In this document: piece after piece, positions 28,079 to 36,792 of the stretch
How positions within the stretch are numbered: the first letter of the stretch is position 1
Layout: every line of letters begins with the position of its first letter
Source of the DNA: an uncultured Marinoscillum sp.
GTDB taxonomy: Bacteria > Bacteroidota > Bacteroidia > Cytophagales > Cyclobacteriaceae
Length of the DNA: 64,000 bases
Direction of reading: 5' to 3'
NCBI GenBank assembly: GCA_964353015.1
Contig: CAYGUA010000006.1
Coordinates: 42,407-106,406 of the forward strand
Program-made: the position numbers and the translations under genes
The notes under the pieces: model-generated
Told to the model about the DNA's origin: nothing
Seen by the model: the letters and a program-made list of their open reading frames with translations, nothing else
Databases searched by the model: none

Positions 28079-30202
28079 TTATGCCTTATAGAAATTACTC
28101 ACAACCAATTTATCATCACCTTCTGCATTTCTTAGCGCTACAATTTCATTGCATACTGATTTGGCTTCTTCGAAATATGCAAATGCAAATGCTTCAGATG
28201 GTTCGTTTTTATTGATTTGAAGGGTTAGCTCACTGAAAGATTTTGACAATTTCACCAATCCCGCATTTTGAATGTTCTCCTCAAAATCATTAATGATTCC
28301 TAAATGTGTATTACACTGAATATCCTTACTTAATAAAATGGCTTTAGCTCCAATTACGAGTGCATTGTAAGTGTAATAAATAGCGTTTGACCACAATCCT
28401 GCGTCCAAAGCTTGCTGTGCATAAGTATATCTATCCTGTGCATCTCCGAGAATTGTTCCTACCAAATCCATCATCACGCCTGCACATTCTCCCACTCCTA
28501 TCTCAGGAATAAAATCAGCTTCTTTGCCCCAATCCTGAAATCCTGTATCGTCAAGAGTAGTCAGATCAGCCAAAGGCTTCAACAGATCATAGAAATAGAT
28601 TTTTCCTTGTCTGCGCACATAGGCGTTGAAATATTCTGATTCATCAGCATGCTCATCATAATCTGCAAGCAACCAACGAACAGCCTCCAAAATTCTTTTA
28701 GATGGAAGTTTAATCACTTTTTCAGCAATAAATCCTTGTCCATTTGGCTCCACTCCTCCACCTAATACTACTTGCTGAGCTGGGCAAACTTTGTCACCAT
28801 ATTTGATGCTGCTTCCATGAAATCCGATGTTGGCGATCATGTGCTGCCCGCAGGAATTCATGCATCCACTGATCTTAATCTTGATTTGAGTTTCATCGAT
28901 CAACTGAGGATATTCTTCTCTGATCATCTTTTCTAACTCAAGACTTAAGGCCGTGCTATTGGTAACTCCCAGGTTACAAGTGTCTGTACCCGGGCAGGCA
29001 GTAATGTCAGCCAAAGTATCAAATCCTGGATCGGATAAATTGATTTTCGCCAACTCATCATAAACCTTTCGGATATTTTCAGGAAGAATATCTCTAAACA
29101 ACAATCCCTGGTTGACAGTAATTCTTATATCGTCAGCTGCATATTTATCAACAATCTTCGCTAACTCGTAAGCTGTATCAGGTTTGATATCACCGAGTGG
29201 TATTTTCACTTTTACAGCGAAAAGGCCTTCTTGCTTTTGCTCAAAAACATTTGTACCAACCCATGTCAAAAATTCAGCATCTTTTTCTTCTTTAAAAACT
29301 GAAGATAGATCGCCTTCACCGCTCACTTCTTCCGTTGGGTCTATAGGGTTGATTTCAAATCTTTGATATGGCAAAGCCTTTCTTTCCTCCTCAACCAATT
29401 TCATAAATCCATCCAGACCAAGTCCTTTCTTTGGCTCTACCAAAAACTTCAATCTTGCCTTGTGTCTTCTTTCACGCTCACCATATCTATCAAAAACCCT
29501 CAAAGAGGCCTCCATGAATGGAATAAGCTGATCCACAGGCAAAAATTCATAGGCCAATTGTGCCATAAAAGCCTGAGCACCGAGCCCACCCCCAAGTAGC
29601 ACTTTGAAACCACGCTGACCATCTTTGATGGCAGGAATGAAACCAAAATCGTGGATATATGTGAAAGCAGCGTCCTGATCGCTTGACGAAAAAGCAATCT
29701 TGATTTTGCGTCCCATATCCTGACAGATCGGGTTTCTAAGGAAATATTTGAATGTAGCTTCCACATAAGGTACCACGTCAAAAGGTTCGTTTGGATCAAT
29801 ACCCGCAAATGGTGAAGCTGTGATATTTCGGACGGTGTTTCCACAAGCTTCTCTAGCGGTCATCCCTGCTTCTTCCAAGGCGGAATAAACCTTAGGACTA
29901 TCCTCCAGTTTCACATAATGCAATTGGATATTTTGTCGCGTGGTAAGGTGAAGATTGCTACTTCCATAATTCACAGAAAGATCGGCAACCACTCGCAATT
30001 GATTTGCTGTGATTTTTCCATAAGGAAGTTTTAACCTGAACATGTGCACGCCCAATTGACGCTGACCATAAACTCCTCTTGTCAAGCGAAAAGCTTTAAA
30101 TCGGTCTTCATCCATTTGGCCAAATTTGAACTTTTCGATTTTACCTAAAAGTTCATCTACATCTGCTTGTGCTTCTTTGCTTATTCCTTTTTTCAAACTC
30201 AT
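28079..30202 (-). CDS. Assimilatory sulfite (nitrite/sulfite family) reductase hemoprotein, ferredoxin-type, with a C-terminal helical extension
   Basis: Siroheme/4Fe-4S cysteine clusters (ACPGTDTCNLG and SGCMNSCGQH). Duplicated NIR_SIR halves. About 139 extra C-terminal residues. Confidence 0.88.
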   Translation of the reverse strand: MSLKKGISKEAQADVDELLGKIEKFKFGQMDEDRFKAFRLTRGVYGQRQLGVHMFRLKLPYGKITANQLRVVADLSVNYGSSNLHLTTRQNIQLHYVKLEDSPKVYSALEEAGMTAREACGNTVRNITASPFAGIDPNEPFDVVPYVEATFKYFLRNPICQDMGRKIKIAFSSSDQDAAFTYIHDFGFIPAIKDGQRGFKVLLGGGLGAQAFMAQLAYEFLPVDQLIPFMEASLRVFDRYGERERRHKARLKFLVEPKKGLGLDGFMKLVEEERKALPYQRFEINPIDPTEEVSGEGDLSSVFKEEKDAEFLTWVGTNVFEQKQEGLFAVKVKIPLGDIKPDTAYELAKIVDKYAADDIRITVNQGLLFRDILPENIRKVYDELAKINLSDPGFDTLADITACPGTDTCNLGVTNSTALSLELEKMIREEYPQLIDETQIKIKISGCMNSCGQHMIANIGFHGSSIKYGDKVCPAQQVVLGGGVEPNGQGFIAEKVIKLPSKRILEAVRWLLADYDEHADESEYFNAYVRRQGKIYFYDLLKPLADLTTLDDTGFQDWGKEADFIPEIGVGECAGVMMDLVGTILGDAQDRYTYAQQALDAGLWSNAIYYTYNALVIGAKAILLSKDIQCNTHLGIINDFEENIQNAGLVKLSKSFSELTLQINKNEPSEAFAFAYFEEAKSVCNEIVALRNAEGDDKLVVSNFYKA

Positions 30203-30242
30203 CTTATATGTTATTCGTCACTGATCTGCTATTGCAGTTAAT

Positions 30243-31421
30243 TTATTTTAAATGCCTACTTGCTTCTAATGCCTGATCTATATCGGCTATGATATCTTTT
30301 ACATTTTCCAATCCTACTGAAATCCTCACTAATCCTGGCGCTATACCAACTGACATCCTTTCTTTTTCTGTCAACTTACTATGTGTTGTAGATGCGGGAT
30401 GTGTGGCTGTTGATCTTGTGTCTCCCAAATTTGGCGTTAGGCTCAGCATTTTCAGATTATTCAAAAATGCCGCTCCACGTTTCAAACCACCTAATACAAT
30501 AAATGACACAATCCCTCCACCCAATCTCATTTGTTTTTTAGCAATTTGATATTGTGGGTGCGATTCTAGAAACGGATATTTTACCCTTTCCAGTTCCTGA
30601 TGTGATTCCAAATATTTTGCAATCTCAAATGCATTATCGCAATGTCGGTCCATTCTTACCGCCAGCGTCTCCAGACTCTTACTCAAGACCCAAGCGTTAA
30701 AAGGTGACATGCTTGGCCCTGTGTGTCTTGCAAAATATCTGATTTCCTCAATCAATTCTTTTTTACCTAAGATGGCTCCACCCAATGTCCTTCCTTGTCC
30801 ATCAATGAATTTTGTAGCAGAATGAGTGACAATTGATGCACCATAATCTGCGGGATTTTGGAGATATGGAGTGGCGAAGCAATTATCTACATTTAAGATA
30901 ATGTTATGCTTCCTGGCAATATTTCCTAAATACTCAAGATCCACCAGATCCAAACCAGGATTAGAAGGAGTTTCCACAAAAATCATTTTCGTGTTCGGCT
31001 GGATCAGAGATTCACATTTCTCCGGCTCATGCAAATCAAAGTACGAACTTTGAATACCCCACTTTGGGAATATTTTGGTGAACAATTGGTGAGTCGAACC
31101 AAAAATGGCTCTGGATGAAATCACATGATCTCCTGACTTTAAAAGTCCAGCAATGCTCGTAAACATGGCCGACATGCCTGTGGCAACTGAAATACCATCT
31201 TCCGTATTTTCCAACTGGCACATTTTATTGATAAATTCATCCGTATTTGGATTCGAGTATCTCGAATAAATATTTCCGGGGATTTCATCATTAAACATGG
31301 CTCTGGCTTCTTCAGCATCATTAAATGTGAAGCTGCTGGTTAAATAAAGCGGAACCGAATGCTCCCTTTGATTAGCATTGTCTACTTGAGTGCGTATGGC
31401 CTTGGTTTCGAAATTCATCAA
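30243..31421 (-). CDS. PLP-dependent trans-sulfuration family enzyme, O-acetyl/O-succinyl-homoserine sulfhydrylase-like
   Basis: Cys/Met-metabolism PLP family pattern with the PLP-lysine context HSATKFIDGQG. 392 aa. It lies downstream of a SAM riboswitch. Confidence 0.85.
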   Translation of the reverse strand: MMNFETKAIRTQVDNANQREHSVPLYLTSSFTFNDAEEARAMFNDEIPGNIYSRYSNPNTDEFINKMCQLENTEDGISVATGMSAMFTSIAGLLKSGDHVISSRAIFGSTHQLFTKIFPKWGIQSSYFDLHEPEKCESLIQPNTKMIFVETPSNPGLDLVDLEYLGNIARKHNIILNVDNCFATPYLQNPADYGASIVTHSATKFIDGQGRTLGGAILGKKELIEEIRYFARHTGPSMSPFNAWVLSKSLETLAVRMDRHCDNAFEIAKYLESHQELERVKYPFLESHPQYQIAKKQMRLGGGIVSFIVLGGLKRGAAFLNNLKMLSLTPNLGDTRSTATHPASTTHSKLTEKERMSVGIAPGLVRISVGLENVKDIIADIDQALEASRHLK

Positions 31422-31554
31422 ATGAATGTTTATTGAAAATGATAACGCTGATTATTGGCTCAATAGCTCATACAACAAAATCCCAAATCTGATTTTGAGT
31501 AATTTGATATCAATGCGCTTGCGCTAGAAATTAATAGTGTTATCATATAATTAA

Positions 31555-31668
31555 TTCATATTCTCTCACATCTGTGAGATCAGGATTTAGCACCGCAATC
31601 CCGAATAAGACCTCCGGGACAGGTTGCTAGCGTTTCGACGAGCCTGTCTCTCCACGCTTCTTTATAAA
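31555..31668 (-). promoter_or_regulatory. SAM-I (S-box) riboswitch
   Basis: The minus-strand read is TTTATAAAGAAGCGTGGAGAGACAGGCTCGTCGAAACGCTAGCAACCTGTCCCGGAGGTCTTATTCGGGATTGCGGTGCTAAATCCTGATCTCACAGATGTGAGAGAATATGAA. It contains the conserved AGA-G-GG-GAG-GA, GCAACC and GGTGCTAAATCC blocks. Helices that can be drawn: P1 (TTTATA/TATGAA), P2 (GCGT/ACGC), P3 (TCCCG/CGGGA) and P4 (TCTCACA/TGTGAGA). The 3' end is about 130 nt upstream of the sulfhydrylase ATG. Confidence 0.85.
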
Positions 31669-31796
31669 TCAATCAATCTTTATTGAATGAGGGGCAAAGG
31701 TGAACCATAAGATTGAAACTTCAAAACAAACCACAATAAGAATGCCTTATGGATCACTAAATATTTGGGGAAAATGGATTTAGCCTAAAATTAATT

Positions 31797-33686
31797 CTAA
31801 TAAGCTCTCACTTCTTCACCTTTCATAAAATTAACAAAGGCTTTATTTACGACTTTGTTTCCTCCAGCTGTTGGGTAATCGCCTGTAAAATACCAATCAC
31901 CTGAATGCGCCGGACACGCTTTATGTAAGTTTGCGACTGTTTGGTACACAACTTCCAGTTCCGCCTTCATATTGGCGGGACGTACGATATCAGTAATTTT
32001 AGCAGAAACTTCTTCATACGTGAATGGCGCATAAAGTTCCTTTACATAGTTTGGTGGTGACGGATTACCAATCGAATTGATACATTTATCAAATACTTCA
32101 TCAAGCAAATAGCTTTTCCCTGATTCTTCCAACAAAGCCAATACAGCTCTGAAAGCTACAAATTCTTTCATTTTGCTCATATCAATTCCATAGCAATCCG
32201 GGAATCTGATCTGTGGAGCTGAGGAAACGATCACTACTTTCTTTGGCTCTAGTTTGTCCAAAAGAGTAAGAATACTTTTCTCCAAAGTAGTACCCCGTAC
32301 TATTGAATCATCAATAATAACCAATGTGTCTTTTCCTTTATGAACTACCTCATAGGTGGTATCATAAACATGTGCTACCAAATCATCTCTGTGCGCATCA
32401 TCGGTTATGAAAGTACGCAATTTGGCGTCTTTCAAAACTAACTTTTCAACTCTAGGTGTAAATGAAAGTATGTCATCGAGCGAATCAGCTGTTGGTTTGT
32501 TATCTATGATAATATCTTTTCGCTGATTGATCAGATATTGATCTACTCCTCTCAATAAGCCTAAAAAGGATGTTTCAGCTGTATTAGGTATGTAGCTGAA
32601 AATGGTATTTTTCAAGTCAAAATTTACTGCTTTTAATACTTGTGGTATCAGTAATTCGCCCAGCTTTCTTCTTTCATTGTAAATATCCGGATCGGTACCA
32701 CGTGAGAAATAGATTCGCTCAAACGAGCATGATTTCTTTTCCTGAGGCTTGATGAATTGTTCTTGCTTGAAATTTCCGTATTTGTCGATAATCAAGGCAT
32801 GCCCAGGCTTAACCTCTTGGATCTCTGAATATTCGCAGTTTGTTGTTGTCTTAATGGCTGGTTTTTCAGAAGCCACAATAATGACTTCTTCATCAGCATA
32901 ATAATAGGCAGGTCTGATTCCGTTTGGATCACGAGCGACAAATGCAGCTCCGAAACCAACCATTCCTGTCATGGTATAGCCACCATCAAAATCTCTACAA
33001 GATCTTTCAAGCACTCTTCGTAGATCAAGCTCCTTTTCAATAAGAGCTGTCATTTCATAATTGGAAGGAACAGAATCTCTGTATCTGTTGAATATGTTCT
33101 GATTCTCTTCATCCAAAAAGTGACCTATTTTTTCCATTACTGTGACGGTATCCACTACTTCCTTTGGATGCTGACCAAGAGAAACCAATTTATCAAACAG
33201 CTCATCCACATTGGTCATATTGAAATTCCCGGCAACTACCAGGTTTCTACTTCTCCAGTTATTTTGTCTTAAAAACGGATGGCAGCTCTCAATGCTATTT
33301 TTACCATGTGTACCGTAACGCAAATGCCCAAGCCAAACTTCACCAGTGAAGGCGGAGTTTTCCTTCATCCACTGAGCATCGAAATATTTTTTCTTTCCTT
33401 CTTTCTGAGCTTTGCCGTATTTCTTACTGATTTTGGCGAAAATTTCCTCTATTGGTTGGGAGTTAATTGTCCTGTAGCGGCTGATGTATCTTGACCCTGG
33501 CTCCATGTCCAGTTTGATATTGGCGATTCCTACACCGTCTTGTCCTCTGTTATGCTGTTTTTGCATCAGAATATACATTTTCTGTGCAGCATAAGCAGGT
33601 GTCCCGTATTTATCGATATAATATTGAAGGGGCTTCCTTAGGCGAAGCATTGCAACGCCACATTCGTGTTTTATAGAATCACTCAT
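31797..33686 (-). CDS. purF: Amidophosphoribosyltransferase (long Bacteroidota-type PurF)
   Basis: N-terminal Ntn-amidotransferase cysteine (MSDSIKHECGVAML). PRPP-binding loop (VIIDDSIVRGTT). Confidence 0.9.
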   Translation of the reverse strand: MSDSIKHECGVAMLRLRKPLQYYIDKYGTPAYAAQKMYILMQKQHNRGQDGVGIANIKLDMEPGSRYISRYRTINSQPIEEIFAKISKKYGKAQKEGKKKYFDAQWMKENSAFTGEVWLGHLRYGTHGKNSIESCHPFLRQNNWRSRNLVVAGNFNMTNVDELFDKLVSLGQHPKEVVDTVTVMEKIGHFLDEENQNIFNRYRDSVPSNYEMTALIEKELDLRRVLERSCRDFDGGYTMTGMVGFGAAFVARDPNGIRPAYYYADEEVIIVASEKPAIKTTTNCEYSEIQEVKPGHALIIDKYGNFKQEQFIKPQEKKSCSFERIYFSRGTDPDIYNERRKLGELLIPQVLKAVNFDLKNTIFSYIPNTAETSFLGLLRGVDQYLINQRKDIIIDNKPTADSLDDILSFTPRVEKLVLKDAKLRTFITDDAHRDDLVAHVYDTTYEVVHKGKDTLVIIDDSIVRGTTLEKSILTLLDKLEPKKVVIVSSAPQIRFPDCYGIDMSKMKEFVAFRAVLALLEESGKSYLLDEVFDKCINSIGNPSPPNYVKELYAPFTYEEVSAKITDIVRPANMKAELEVVYQTVANLHKACPAHSGDWYFTGDYPTAGGNKVVNKAFVNFMKGEEVRAY

Positions 33687-33693
33687 AAATCAG

Positions 33694-35121
33694 TTACCAA
33701 TCGATATTATTGAAATTTAATACAATGTTATCCAATATTTCCGGGCTAAAGAAAAACCATAACAGTAAGGTCGTCAAAATAGTTGCGAATAGCATTGGGA
33801 ATACTTCTACCCTGAAGTCTAAATCTTTCTTTACTGTATGAATGAAAGAATAGTATGGAATTTTTAGATAATAAAAAAGAGAAAATACTACACTCAATAT
33901 GGCCACAACCAAATATGAAAGTAGAAGGAAGTCAAATTCAACTTGAAATTGATTCCATAAGGCCGAAAACAAGTAAAATTTTGCAGTGAAGCCTGCTGTA
34001 GGAGGAAGTCCAATCAATGCGATCATGATAAAAACTATCAAAGCACTAAAGAATGGGGCTTTAATTCCGATTCCACTAAATGCTTGAATAGAGTCAATTT
34101 CCTTCTCTTCAAAAACAGCAACGACATAAAACAACGACAAATTCATCAGCGCATAAATAAATGCATACCAAACAAAGGCAGTTAAGCCCATTTGTCCGTC
34201 AATGAGGAGACAACCTAGCATTAAACCTGAATGCGCTATGGCTCCATATCCCATCAATCGTTTCACATTTGACTGATTCAATGCTCCCAGCGTTCCGACA
34301 ACTATTGTAGCAATACCAATAAGAATCAACATTGGATATACCCAAAATAGGCTGATAAGATCCACCATAGACAATATCCTATGAAGTAAGACAAAGCCGG
34401 CGATTTTTGGAACAACAGACAAAATAGCCACTGCGGCTGTTGGTGCTTCCTGATAAGTAGAAGGTGTCCAGATGTGAAATGGGAAAAGGCTGATTTTAAA
34501 CATCAAGCCCCCAAGTAAAGCCAACAACCCAAAGGCTAAAAATGGATCTGACCCTGTAATTTCGAGTTGATCGATTACTAATCCTCCTCCAACTCCATAA
34601 ATAATGGAAATGCCATACAACATGATAGCTGAGCTCACACCTCCAAATAGCAAATACTTGATCCCTGCCTCATAGGATTGCTTTTTGAATTTAAAATTTG
34701 TAATGAGATAGGATGTGAAAGATGTTAACTCAATGGCGATATACATCACCAAAAGATGATTGGCTGACACCATAAATATGGAACCAATCACAATCGAAAG
34801 GATTAAAAAATAAAATTCTGAAGTTTGCTTTCGCGCATTGGGGAAAAATACAATCCAAATCGAAAATGCAGCTATCAATGTTTTTATGAAATCCTCCAAA
34901 GGTCCTATCTTGATTGCCCCTGACAATAAGGTCATCTCATTTGTAGAAAATTGCTGGAAGAGCAAGGCAACTATGAGAACCAAGCAAAATGCTATTCTAC
35001 TAATGAGGTTATTTTTGATGATTAGTCCTAAAATCAAATAGAACAGTGCTCCAGCGATTAAAGCAACTTCAAAATGAAGAAAACTCAGTTGGTCAATTAT
35101 CTGCTCTAGTTGCGATTTCAT
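33694..35121 (-). CDS. nuoN: NADH-quinone oxidoreductase subunit N
   Basis: About 14 TM helices, antiporter-like, in the last position of the nuoH-N order. Confidence 0.85.
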   Translation of the reverse strand: MKSQLEQIIDQLSFLHFEVALIAGALFYLILGLIIKNNLISRIAFCLVLIVALLFQQFSTNEMTLLSGAIKIGPLEDFIKTLIAAFSIWIVFFPNARKQTSEFYFLILSIVIGSIFMVSANHLLVMYIAIELTSFTSYLITNFKFKKQSYEAGIKYLLFGGVSSAIMLYGISIIYGVGGGLVIDQLEITGSDPFLAFGLLALLGGLMFKISLFPFHIWTPSTYQEAPTAAVAILSVVPKIAGFVLLHRILSMVDLISLFWVYPMLILIGIATIVVGTLGALNQSNVKRLMGYGAIAHSGLMLGCLLIDGQMGLTAFVWYAFIYALMNLSLFYVVAVFEEKEIDSIQAFSGIGIKAPFFSALIVFIMIALIGLPPTAGFTAKFYLFSALWNQFQVEFDFLLLSYLVVAILSVVFSLFYYLKIPYYSFIHTVKKDLDFRVEVFPMLFATILTTLLLWFFFSPEILDNIVLNFNNIDW

Positions 35122-35130
35122 GTCCAGAGA

Positions 35131-36789
35131 CTATCGGTTTTCAAGGATTTGTTGACCGGATTGCAAAACCTGATCCACGAAAAAATTAATTGAATGATCC
35201 AATGGATCGAGTATAATGCCTGGGAAAACGCCAAATAGCAGCACCAAAATTGCCAACGGAAGTAACATCAACCACTCTCTTCCATCCAAATCCGTCATCT
35301 TCACATCCCAACTAGGATTTCTTGTCCAATATTTTCCAAAGAACATCCGCTGAAGCGTCCACAAATAATAGGCTGCCGAAATGATGATCCCAGAAACAGC
35401 AATCATACCCAACCAGGATGGGATCAATCCATTGATTGATTCAGATCCAATCCCTCCGATCAACGTCAACAACTCACCCACAAATCCTGAAAAACCCGGA
35501 AGACCAAGTGATGCAAAAAAGAATACAACTGTGAAAAAGGTATAGACAGGCATTTTATTGGCCAATCCACTCAGATTTTCAATCTTACGATCGTGCGTTC
35601 TGTCATATACCACTCCTACAATTAAGAATAAAGCACCTGAAATCAAACCATGAGATATCATTTGAAACAAGGAACCTGAAACGCCTTCATAAGTCAAACT
35701 CGCCAGTCCAAGCATCACAAATCCCATATGCGAAACCGATGAGTAAGCAATCATACGTTTCAGATCGTTCTGAGCCATGGCATTAAATCCACCGTAGATA
35801 ATTGAAAGCACGCCAAAACAGGCTACCGGAAAAGCATATTCTATTGCACCATCTGGGAAAATGCCATAACAAATTCTAAAAAATCCATATCCACCAACTT
35901 TGAGCAATATGCCAGCTAAAATTACAGATATGGCCGTGGGCGCTTCCACGTGAGCATCGGGCAACCATGTGTGTACTGGCACTGCTGGCAACTTGATTGC
36001 AAAACCAATCATCAACAGAATAAAAGCCCAAAATCGCAATGAAATACCCGCAACTGTCACTTCACTATCCGGCGATAAAAGTGAATCATAGATGTAGCTC
36101 CCTTCCATCATTTTGACCATACTGAAAGTGTGGACTACCTCAATCTTACCTGAGTCATTGGCCATCTCCAAAGCGCGCGGGGCATCTTCTGTAGAGATGA
36201 AAAGTCCAATCATTACGATCAAAATGAGCAAAGAACCAAAAAGAGTATAGATAAAGAATTTAATACTGGCATATGCTCTCCTCGGACCGCCCCAAATGCC
36301 AATAAGAAAAAACATTGGCAGAAGCATAAACTCAAAAAACACATAGAAGAGAAACAGATCAAGAGACACAAAACAGCCCATGATACTAGTGCTCAATATG
36401 AGATAAAGGATAAAATATCCTTTCACCTTTTCTTTTAATTTCCAGGAGGAAATCACTCCAATTACCAGCAGCAATGCACTCAACACAACTAGTGGCAAAC
36501 TAATGCCATCTACTCCCACGAAATAATCAATGATAAACAAACCATAATTCCCTAAACCAAGCTGGATCCAATCTGCTTTCTCCACAAAAAGAAAGGCTTC
36601 TGACCATTGAGTTGGCACCAACGAGCCGTCAAATTTCAGAAATAAAATAAGGGATAGGATGAGTTGAACTACTGTGGCGAGGAGGGTAAATATTCTAATA
36701 ATTTGATGTTGTTCTTTCGGTATAAAAAACACCAGAATAGCCACAACAAGCGGAACGAATATGATCAGACTTAATATATGCTCACCCAT
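35131..36789 (-). CDS. nuoM: NADH-quinone oxidoreductase subunit M
   Basis: Antiporter-like subunit with the WLPDAHVEAPT motif. Confidence 0.9.
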   Translation of the reverse strand: MGEHILSLIIFVPLVVAILVFFIPKEQHQIIRIFTLLATVVQLILSLILFLKFDGSLVPTQWSEAFLFVEKADWIQLGLGNYGLFIIDYFVGVDGISLPLVVLSALLLVIGVISSWKLKEKVKGYFILYLILSTSIMGCFVSLDLFLFYVFFEFMLLPMFFLIGIWGGPRRAYASIKFFIYTLFGSLLILIVMIGLFISTEDAPRALEMANDSGKIEVVHTFSMVKMMEGSYIYDSLLSPDSEVTVAGISLRFWAFILLMIGFAIKLPAVPVHTWLPDAHVEAPTAISVILAGILLKVGGYGFFRICYGIFPDGAIEYAFPVACFGVLSIIYGGFNAMAQNDLKRMIAYSSVSHMGFVMLGLASLTYEGVSGSLFQMISHGLISGALFLIVGVVYDRTHDRKIENLSGLANKMPVYTFFTVVFFFASLGLPGFSGFVGELLTLIGGIGSESINGLIPSWLGMIAVSGIIISAAYYLWTLQRMFFGKYWTRNPSWDVKMTDLDGREWLMLLPLAILVLLFGVFPGIILDPLDHSINFFVDQVLQSGQQILENR

Positions 36790-36792
36790 AGA

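Noticed and set aside
29500-29844. 114-aa minus-strand alternative-frame ORF inside the sulfite reductase gene. Similar internal or antisense ORFs occur in nuoL (36778-37081, 37902-38120), nuoI (39706-40263) and the CBS gene (45335-45682).
   Set aside because: All are embedded in genes with clear family motifs in another frame or strand. They are chance ORFs.
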